This document shows positions 23,702 to 31,628 of a stretch of 64,000 nt of DNA, in pieces. A model generated the notes under the pieces. The model was not told the origin of the DNA. It ran no database searches and saw nothing but the letters and a program-made list of their open reading frames with translations. Source of the stretch: Calditrichia bacterium (lineage in GTDB: Bacteria; Calditrichota; Calditrichia; JAJRVZ01); assembly GCA_963777955.1 (NCBI GenBank), contig CAVZSQ010000022.1:864001-928000 (forward strand), read 5' to 3'. Both the position numbers and the translations under genes were made by a program. Numbering within the stretch: position 1 is the first letter of the stretch; each line of letters starts with the position of its first letter.

Positions 23702-24247
23702 ATGGCCTTTAAACCCTCACTACGTAGAAAGGCAATGCCCATCCAGGGGGAACTGGAAATCAGGCCGGTCATGAATCTGATGGTGTGTCTGATCCCTATT
23801 CTGCTGTCGGGAGCGGAACTGGTAAAGTTTTCAGTGGTCGAGATCGATTTACCGCCGACATCAGGAGGCGGTTCGACCAGTGAATCTACTCCACAGCAGG
23901 AACAGGGCAAGAAATTGGGATTAAAACTAGCCATAACCAGAGGCGGATTCAGCCTGGCCACGGCCTCGGCAATTATGGCCGGTGAAACCGGATCAGGGCC
24001 GACGATTCCGGTTGGGGCAAATGGCAAGTATGATTTTCCCATGCTGAATAAAAAATTAGTTGAATTGAAAAAATTGATCGAGGCTCAGGGATTTAAAGAT
24101 AAAGATTTGATCGTTATCACCGCTGGCGCCGATATTGATTATCAAACTATCATTGATGTATTGGATTATACGGCCAAGTACAAGGATGACCGCGGCAATC
24201 TTGTTCCTTTATTTCCGCAGGTCAATTTTGGCCAGGTAATTATGTAA
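23702..24247 (+). CDS. ExbD/TolR-family subunit 1 (AglQ-like; TM Asp replaced by Asn)
   Basis: ELEIRPVMNLMVCLIPILL TM; periplasmic ITAGADIDYQTIIDVLD; LFPQV. Confidence 0.85.
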   Translation: MAFKPSLRRKAMPIQGELEIRPVMNLMVCLIPILLSGAELVKFSVVEIDLPPTSGGGSTSESTPQQEQGKKLGLKLAITRGGFSLATASAIMAGETGSGPTIPVGANGKYDFPMLNKKLVELKKLIEAQGFKDKDLIVITAGADIDYQTIIDVLDYTAKYKDDRGNLVPLFPQVNFGQVIM

Positions 24248-24263
24248 GTGAGGTATAAGAGAT

Positions 24264-24761
24264 ATGGCTTTTCAACCATCTAAATCTAAAAAGCATAAAA
24301 CGGCGATTGAAGGTTCTCTGAACCTGAATTCAATGATGGATATGATGACCATCTTGCTGTTGTTTCTGCTCAAATCATTTTCTACTCAAGGTTTGATGGC
24401 CAGTCAGAGCGCCAGTCTGAAATTACCGGTATCCGACCGGACCATTAAGCCTAAGAAGGAATTAAATATCGCTGTAGCTAAAGATATGGTACTGGTCAAT
24501 GAGATACCGATTCTGCGCCTGACAGATGTTAAAAAGGACCAGATTATGATTCCGCAATTGCAGACGAAACTGGCTGAATATGCCAAAAAGGAAAAACAAC
24601 TGGAGATCGAAACCGGCAGGCCTTTTGCCAATGAAGTGATCATTCAGGCTGATAAGGAAATTACGTTTGATGTCTTATTCAAAGTATTATTTACCTGCAG
24701 TAAAACGGAATTTTACAAGATGCGTTTATTGACAGTACAGGGCAGTAAAGAAAAGGTATAA
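24264..24761 (+). CDS. ExbD/TolR-family subunit 2 (AglS-like)
   Basis: LNLNSMMDMMTILLLFLLKSFS; IIQADKEITFDVLFKVL. Confidence 0.9.
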   Translation: MAFQPSKSKKHKTAIEGSLNLNSMMDMMTILLLFLLKSFSTQGLMASQSASLKLPVSDRTIKPKKELNIAVAKDMVLVNEIPILRLTDVKKDQIMIPQLQTKLAEYAKKEKQLEIETGRPFANEVIIQADKEITFDVLFKVLFTCSKTEFYKMRLLTVQGSKEKV

Positions 24762-24821
24762 CTGTCCCGGATTTAAACTAGGTACTAAGGAAAACTTCAA
24801 TTATAAATTAAAAGGTTTGGG

Positions 24822-25930
24822 ATGGATCAGAAAAATATGAGTCCAAGAGGCCAGGGCGCAGCGGGTGCCGCCGCAGCAAGGGGAGGCGGTTATCAAATCA
24901 CAGCATTTCCTCCGGAGTTTGAGCGTCATATTTTGCAGGATTTGGACCGGCGGTTTTACATTATATTAATTGTTGCTCTGGTTGTTGTATACGGGATAGT
25001 ATTCACCTTAGCCTCCATTAAATATGATACAGCGAAGTTGGATGAGCAGGCTCGTCAGCGCTATTTAGAGAAGTTTTACCAGGCGGCGCTGGTGACGGAC
25101 GAGATGATCGCGGAAGAAGAGAAGACTGATGAGTTAGGGATGGGTGAAGAGGAAGAGGAGCAGAAGGTGGATGAACGTGCGTCAGCGGTACCAGGGCCGG
25201 GCTGGTGAAGCCGGCGGAGGTGCTTCGGCCCGCGAGGTAGCGGAAGAGCGCCGGGCGGCAGCGGCAGCCCGCGGGGCAGCACGCCGGGCGATGGAATCGC
25301 AGATAGCCGGGACGGGGGTACTGGGCGTACTTTCGGCCGGCGGCGGCAGCGGCAGCGGTGATGCGGTGGCGGATGTATTGGGTGATGCCGGCGGCAGCGG
25401 ATCTGGGCGCGGGCAACCTGGAAGATGTATTATCGGGCGTCGGTGGATTGGCCACGGCGACCTCCAGCGGCCAGCGTACGCGTGTGGGCAGTGTCGGCGG
25501 CGGCCGGGCGACCGGGTCGGCGGATGTAGGTGAACTGCTGTCGGGGATCGGCTCGGCGGGCTCGGCGAGCGTCGGGCGCAAGGGCACGATCCAGATGACG
25601 CTGGATGCGGCGCGGGTAACGGGAACGGGTACCAAGGCAGCCAACCGCAGCGGCGAGGAGATATCGCGGACGATCAATACGCATAACGATGCTGTTGAGT
25701 ACTGCTACAAGCGGGAAGCGAAGTTGAATCCGAATCTGAAGGGCGATATCCTGATTGAATTTATTATCGGGTATGACGGCCGGGTAGGCACGGCGCGGGT
25801 GACCCAGTCATCGTTGCAGAACAAGACGGTGGAGAGTTGCATCATCAGCCGTGTACGCGGCTGGCGTTTCAAGCCGATCGGCCAGGCCGAGGGTGATGTG
25901 ACGGTACGGCAGAAATATATATTTGGGTGA
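24822..25930 (+). CDS. TonB/TolA-like energy transducer with AgmX/PglI-type C-terminal domain, GltG-like (frameshifts near 25180 and 25405)
   Basis: Single TM, acidic/Ala helix, GVLGVL and Gly-rich linker, then YCYKREAKLNPNLKGDILIEFII...VESCIISRVRGWRF. Confidence 0.85.
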
Positions 25931-25976
25931 TATAGATAAGGGCGCGGTAACCGCGCTATTACATGTACGATTTTAT

Positions 25977-26010
25977 AACCGTATGGGCAATCGCGCCCGT
26001 ACGGTTTTTT
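25977..26010 (+). terminator. Intrinsic terminator (REP-like hairpin) closing the motor operon
   Basis: AACCGTATGGGC-AATCGC-GCCCGTACGGTT followed by a T-run. Confidence 0.7.
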
Positions 26011-26028
26011 ATTTTTGACCCACCCCCT

Positions 26029-26058
26029 TCCCCCTCCCTTATATATAAGGGAGGGGGA
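26029..26058. repeat. Perfect 30-bp palindrome within a larger C-run/G-run hairpin
   Basis: TCCCCCTCCCTTATA|TATAAGGGAGGGGGA. Confidence 0.85.
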
Positions 26059-26076
26059 TGGGGAGGGTTATATTAA

Positions 26077-26105
26077 TTGACGTATTGATATATTCTCATT
26101 ATATT
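26077..26105 (+). promoter_or_regulatory. Putative sigma70 promoter of aspS
   Basis: TTGACG-17 bp-TATATT. Confidence 0.55.
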
Positions 26106-26144
26106 GCTTGACCCATTCATAAACCATACGGGAAAATCATCAGG

Positions 26145-27925
26145 ATGAAATCAAGAACGCATACCTGCGGGGAATTGTCGGCAAAAGATAAGGGTAAAGA
26201 AGTTTGCCTGAAAGGTTGGGTTAAAAGCTGGCGTGATCACGGCGGACTTATTTTTATCGATCTGCGTGACCGTTATGGCCTGACCCAGATAGTTTTTAAT
26301 CCGGAAATAAATGCTGAGATTTATGAACAGGCCGGAAATCTCCGCACGGAATTTGTGATCATGATCGAAGGGCTGGTCAGTCTCCGCCCGGCCGGCAATG
26401 TAAATAAGAATATGAGTCACCGGTGAGATTGAGGTGGTAGTCCAAAAATTAGAAGTGTCTGAATGCAGCAAAAACCCCTCCCTTTGAAATCAGCGACGAA
26501 ATTGAAATTAATGAAGAATTGAAACTGCAATACCGTTATCTGGATCTGCGCCGGAGCAAACTGCAGTCCAACCTGGTGTTTCGCAGCCGCCTGTATCAGG
26601 TAGTCCGGGATTATATGCATAGTCATGATTTTGTGGAGATTGAAACCCCGTATCTGATGAAAAGCACGCCGGAGGGGGCGCGTGATTTTCTGGTGCCCAG
26701 CCGGAATTACAAGGGTAAATTTTATGCCCTGCCGCAATCTCCGCAAACCTATAAGCAGATCCTGATGGTAGCCGGATTTGACCGCTATTTTCAGATCGTC
26801 AAATGTTTTCGTGATGAAGACTTGCGTAAAGACCGCCAGCCGGAGTTCACCCAGATCGATATCGAGATGTCATTCGTCGAAGAGCACGATGTCATGCAGG
26901 TGGCCGAAAACCTGGTCAGGCGGATCTATGCGGAGCTGCTGAAACAAAATCTGGATGATCAGAATTTTCCGGTCATGAACTATGACCAGGCCTTGCTCGA
27001 ATACGGCAGCGACAAGCCCGATCTGCGCTTCGATTTGCGCATAAAGAATCTGACCGGAATTTTCAAAAATACCGGTTTTAAAGCCCTGGCTGATGTGGTC
27101 CTCCACGGGGGTGCGGATGGGATTGTGGCCGGTATTGCCCTGGCTGATTCCGGACGATTGACCCGTAAAATGATCGATCAGTATACAGAATATGTTAAAA
27201 GTTTAGGTGCGGCCGGATTGATCTGGTTGCGCCTGCATGGCACCGAGGTGGAAGGATCGGTAACTAAATACCTGCAACCTGAAGAAAAAAGCGCCCTGGC
27301 CGCGGCTTGCGGTGATATAAAAGAGGGGATTATTTTTATCCTGGCCGGTGCTTATGAAAAAACCCTGCTGACTATGGGGGAACTGCGCCTGCGGCTGGGC
27401 TCTGACCTGGACTTAATCAAAACGGACCAGGACCGCTGGTTGTGGGTGGTCGATTTTCCCATGCTGGAATTCGACGAAAAAGAAAAGCGCTGGATGGCCC
27501 GGCATCATCCCTTTACTTCACCAAAGCCGGTCGATCTGGATAAACTGGAGAGTGCGCCGCAGCAGGTTAAAGCCCGGGCTTACGACCTGGTGCTGAACGG
27601 AACGGAAATCGCCGGTGGCAGTATCAGAATTTATAATGCCGAAATTCAAAAACGTGTTTTCCGCATGCTGAATATTCCGGATCAGGAAGCAGAGCAGAAA
27701 TTCGGATTCCTGCTTAAAGCGCTGCAATACGGGGCGCCGCCGCATGGCGGTATCGCTTTCGGTTTTGACCGGCTGGTGATGCTATTGACTAAATCTGCCT
27801 CCCTTCGGGAGGTCATCGCTTTTCCCAAGACCGCCTCGGCGATGTCCCTGATGGATGGTGCACCTGATTCTGTCGATCCTGACCAGTTAAAAGAATTAGG
27901 ATTGTGCCTGTTAAATAAAGAGTAA
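26145..27925 (+). CDS. aspS: Aspartate-tRNA ligase (frameshifts at ~26415-26460)
   Basis: RTHTCG, RDHGGLIFIDLRD, STPEGARDF, ALPQSPQ, FRDEDLR, GAPPHGGIAFGFDR. Confidence 0.97.
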
Positions 27926-28007
27926 TAATGGATTTATAAATATTATAAAATTGAAGTATTTATTTAAGTATTTGCAGGTTTAAGACGATAATTTTATATG
28001 ATTTAAC

Positions 28008-28036
28008 TTGACATATAAAATGATATTTATTACTTT
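28008..28036 (+). promoter_or_regulatory. Putative sigma70 promoter of the lipoprotein-LysM operon
   Basis: TTGACA-17 bp-TACTTT; strong AGGAGG RBS downstream. Confidence 0.6.
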
Positions 28037-28087
28037 TAAAAAGTTTCTTTTACTCTATATAATCCCACATTCAAGGAGGCTTGGCAT

Positions 28088-28366
28088 ATGAAAATATTAG
28101 TGAGTAAGTTGAAGATGGTTGTTCCAATTTTGATTGTATTCGGATGGCTGGCGGGCTGTACATCACATCCCGATGAAGAACAGATCAAAGCCCTGGAAGA
28201 AGCCAAGGCGGCTGCGCAATCGGCTGAGCAAACCCTGGCCAGTAAGAAACAAGAAGCCAGTACCCTGGAATCTCAGTGTGCGGCCAAGAAAGCTGAACTG
28301 GAAAAAGTAAAAGCGGAAAAAGACTTAGTACAGCAGAGATTGGCAGCGAAAACGGCTGGAAAGTAA
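28088..28366 (+). CDS. Small coiled-coil lipoprotein
   Basis: Lipobox LAGC; mature part is an Ala/Glu/Lys-rich helix ending in Lys. Confidence 0.8.
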   Translation: MKILVSKLKMVVPILIVFGWLAGCTSHPDEEQIKALEEAKAAAQSAEQTLASKKQEASTLESQCAAKKAELEKVKAEKDLVQQRLAAKTAGK

Positions 28367-28399
28367 AAATTTAATTAGAAAATTTTAGGAGGCATAAAG

Positions 28400-29248
28400 A
28401 TGAAAGTAACGAAATCTGTTTTATACCTGACTCTGATGGCATTGCTAACTCTCTCTTCCACCATTTTTGCCCAATCTTATAATTATGAAGAAATGAAGAT
28501 GGATGAATATAATCAGTTATTGGCGGAATGGCAGGGAAAGATAAAAGCAGCACAGGATGCCATCGTTCTGGAAGATCAACGGATCGAAGTTGGCAAGAAA
28601 TGCAACGATGAAACCCAGGCATCAATAGATGCCACCTGGGGTGAAATTTATGCAGCACTGGGAACTACAAAAGATGCAGCCGATGCTTATAAGAAACAGG
28701 TTGCTCAATTACGCTCCGATGCCAGCGCATTTCTGAGCCTGTCCCCGGAAGAGATTTACCGCCGTAAGGATGAAGCAAAAGCATTGAAAGACCGCTTAGC
28801 CCAAATGCGCGGTGAGAATCTGGCGCTATTGTCCGAAAATATGGCGGCCCTCGATGCGGTAGAAAGTTTGATTAAACAGGCGGAAGAAAAAGGCAAACCG
28901 GCTGTTCCGGACACCTATTCTGTCGTGCGCGGTGATTATCTGTGGAAAATTGCCGGTATGAAGGAAATGTACAGTGATCCTTATGCCTGGATGAGAATCT
29001 ATACATCCAATAAAGACCTGATTAAGAATCCGGATCTGATTTATCCGGCTCAGACTTTCCGCATTCCCCGCGATGTGGGTCCCAATGAATACCTGGTGGC
29101 CAGAGGTGATTTCCTGGCTAAAATCGCCGGTCTCTCGAATGTATACGGCAGCACCTTCAAATGGCAAAGACTCTATGAAGCCAACAAAGATATCGTTGAA
29201 GATCCTAATTTAATTTATCCATGGCAGGTGTTGCAGGTTCCCAAATAA
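28400..29248 (+). CDS. Exported coiled-coil protein with two LysM domains
   Basis: YSVVRGDYLWKIA...IKNPDLIYP and YLVARGDFLAKIA...EDPNLIYP. Confidence 0.92.
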   Translation: MKVTKSVLYLTLMALLTLSSTIFAQSYNYEEMKMDEYNQLLAEWQGKIKAAQDAIVLEDQRIEVGKKCNDETQASIDATWGEIYAALGTTKDAADAYKKQVAQLRSDASAFLSLSPEEIYRRKDEAKALKDRLAQMRGENLALLSENMAALDAVESLIKQAEEKGKPAVPDTYSVVRGDYLWKIAGMKEMYSDPYAWMRIYTSNKDLIKNPDLIYPAQTFRIPRDVGPNEYLVARGDFLAKIAGLSNVYGSTFKWQRLYEANKDIVEDPNLIYPWQVLQVPK

Positions 29249-29291
29249 TTGTGCATGTTCGTTTAGCTACTGATACATAATTATTTAATCG

Positions 29292-29326
29292 AAAGAGCTC
29301 TTAATCGGTTGATTAAGAGCTCTTTT
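29292..29326 (+). terminator. Intrinsic terminator
   Basis: AAAGAGCTCTTAATC-GGTT-GATTAAGAGCTCTTT perfect stem. Confidence 0.8.
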
Positions 29327-29359
29327 CATTATAGTAATTGCAGTACGCGGAGGAAGTAA

Positions 29360-30355
29360 TTGTCGACCGATCCTGAAGAAATTGAAACAGAATTTGTTCT
29401 GCCGGATACCGATCCGCTGCTGTTCTATGGCGCCAATGACCGTAATTTAAAAATCATTGAGAAATATTTTAAGGTTTCATTATTGGGCCGGGGAAATGTA
29501 ATTAAACTGGTCGGCCCTGGAGCCGAAGTGCAACAGGTGGAAGAGTTGTTGCGTGAACTGGTTCTTATTATTAACCGTAATAAGAATCTCAGTCGCACCG
29601 ACCTGTTGACCTTAATACAGATTATTAAAGGGGAATCTGATCAGGTGGGTCTGGCGGTCACGCGTCCGGAGACTGATCAGAATTCTGTGGTACTTTACAC
29701 GGCAGGGGGTAACGTGAAGCCAAGCACTGCCGGACAGCAGCAATACTGCCAGGCGGTTGAAGAAAACGATATAGTATTCTGTATCGGTCCGGCCGGTACC
29801 GGTAAAACATACCTGGCCGTGGCCATGGCGGTCGCCTATCTTAACAAGAAAAGAGTAAATAAGATAATCCTGGCCAGGCCTGCCGTAGAAGCAGGTGAAA
29901 ATCTGGGCTATCTGCCGGGCGACTACCGTGAGAAGATTAATCCTTACCTGACCCCCTTGTACGATGCGCTGGAAAATATCGTGGCCATGCCGGTGTTGCG
30001 TAAACAAATGGATCAGGGCATAATCGAAGTAATACCGCTGGCCTATATGCGCGGGCGCACTTTGAATAATGCATTTGTATTACTGGACGAGGGGCAGAAT
30101 TGTACCTTTATGCAGATGAAAATGTTCTTAACCCGGCTGGGTGTTAATTCGAAATGTATTGTCAATGGCGATATAACCCAGATCGATCTGCCCAAAACCA
30201 AGGAAGCCGGACTGCTGGGTATTCAGAAAATTTTGCAGGGAATCTCCGGGATCAAATTTGTCTATCTGGATTCAGCCGATGTGGTACGCCATAAACTGGT
30301 CAAGGATATCATTAATGCCTATGCCAAGGAAGGATCGCGCGACGCTGAGGAGTAA
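29360..30355 (+). CDS. phoH: PhoH-family ATPase with N-terminal KH-like region
   Basis: GPAGTGKT, RPAVEAGE, LAYMRGRT, DVVRH. Confidence 0.93.
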   Translation: MSTDPEEIETEFVLPDTDPLLFYGANDRNLKIIEKYFKVSLLGRGNVIKLVGPGAEVQQVEELLRELVLIINRNKNLSRTDLLTLIQIIKGESDQVGLAVTRPETDQNSVVLYTAGGNVKPSTAGQQQYCQAVEENDIVFCIGPAGTGKTYLAVAMAVAYLNKKRVNKIILARPAVEAGENLGYLPGDYREKINPYLTPLYDALENIVAMPVLRKQMDQGIIEVIPLAYMRGRTLNNAFVLLDEGQNCTFMQMKMFLTRLGVNSKCIVNGDITQIDLPKTKEAGLLGIQKILQGISGIKFVYLDSADVVRHKLVKDIINAYAKEGSRDAEE

Positions 30356-30425
30356 GGGGTGCACGGCCGCCAGGCATATAAATTCAGTTAACTTTTAAAT
30401 TAAATAGTGTGAGTAAAAATATACA

Positions 30426-30893
30426 TTGGAACAAAAACATATCAACCGCAGCCGTGAAAGAGAATTTGTTTTGCGGGTTTTATTTGCCTGTGAATTCAAT
30501 CCGGATCCCTGGTCGGAGCAGTTAACCCGCCTGGAGCAAAGCGCTCATATCCAGTGTACCGCCTATGTCCAGCAAATGGTTTCGCTTTATCATGAGCATA
30601 AGCAGGAGATTGACGACGAAATATCGCTGCTTTTAAAGAACTGGGATTTGAAACGGGTAGCTATGCTGGATAAAGTGGTACTGCGTATGGCTCTGGTGGA
30701 ATTTCTCTATTTTACCGAAATTCCTCCTGAGGTTTCTATCAACGAAGCGATAGAATTGGCAAAAAAATACAGTACGTCAGCCAGCGGTAAATTTGTTAAT
30801 GGCTTGCTGGATGCCCTGTTTAAAAAATTGTCCGGTGAGCAGCGCATCAAAAAAACCGGCCGGGGCCTGATCTCAAAACTGTATAAACCTTAA
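30426..30893 (+). CDS. nusB: Transcription antitermination factor NusB
   Basis: RSRERE, VSINEAIELAKKYS, FVNGLLD. Confidence 0.95.
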   Translation: MEQKHINRSREREFVLRVLFACEFNPDPWSEQLTRLEQSAHIQCTAYVQQMVSLYHEHKQEIDDEISLLLKNWDLKRVAMLDKVVLRMALVEFLYFTEIPPEVSINEAIELAKKYSTSASGKFVNGLLDALFKKLSGEQRIKKTGRGLISKLYKP

Positions 30894-30899
30894 AAATTT

Positions 30900-31616
30900 A
30901 TGCGCATAGGTATCATATCCGATATCCATGGTAATTTAGAGGCGCTGCAGGTAGTACTGCAATATCTGCGGGAAAACGGCATCGACCAGATCTATTGCCT
31001 GGGGGACATGGTCGGTTACGGAGCAAATCCCAATGAGTGCCTGGAGCTGGTGGCACAATCCTGTTCAAAAGTGGTGATGGGGAATCACGATCATGCGGCT
31101 ATCGGTCAAACCAGTGTTAATTACTTTAATGATTATGCCAAACTGTCCACCTATTGGACCTTCAGTATCTTATCCGCCAGCAGCAGGAATTTTATATCAT
31201 CGCTGGATTTTACCTGGCAGGATGATAAAATATTATTGGTGCATGCCACTCCGGCGAATCCGCCCTTGTGGCATTATGTTCTGACTGAACAGGATGCCCG
31301 GGAGGAATTCGAGGCTTTTACTCAGAATGTCTGCTTTATCGGGCATTCACATTTCCCGGTTATTTTTTCAAAAAATGAGGGATTAATCAAGGCACAAAAG
31401 TTCGTACTGAACGAGCAGGATAAATATATCGTCAATGTCGGCAGCGTCGGACAACCACGGGATGGAAACTCAAAGACCTGTTTCTGCGTTTATAATTCTG
31501 ATACGGGTCAACTGGAATACATCCGTTTGGATTATGATGCTGCCTTAACCAGGGATAAAATAATTAAGGCGGGTTTACCGCTGTTCCTGGGCGATCGGCT
31601 GCTTAACGGTTATTGA
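30900..31616 (+). CDS. Calcineurin-like metallophosphoesterase
   Basis: SDIHGN, LGDMVGYG, GNHD, GHSH, NVGSVGQPRDG. Confidence 0.93.
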   Translation: MRIGIISDIHGNLEALQVVLQYLRENGIDQIYCLGDMVGYGANPNECLELVAQSCSKVVMGNHDHAAIGQTSVNYFNDYAKLSTYWTFSILSASSRNFISSLDFTWQDDKILLVHATPANPPLWHYVLTEQDAREEFEAFTQNVCFIGHSHFPVIFSKNEGLIKAQKFVLNEQDKYIVNVGSVGQPRDGNSKTCFCVYNSDTGQLEYIRLDYDAALTRDKIIKAGLPLFLGDRLLNGY

Positions 31617-31628
31617 TGAGGTTCTGTT

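Noticed and set aside
25018..25684. Minus-strand ORFs over the GC-rich segment
   Set aside because: Stop-poor shadows of the Gly/Ala-rich plus-strand gene.
23010..25930. Ordinary TonB-ExbBD uptake or Tol-Pal locus
   Set aside because: No receptor, tolB or pal nearby; two distinct ExbDs, an AgmX/PglI-type C-domain and giant TPR partners fit Agl-Glt-like systems better.
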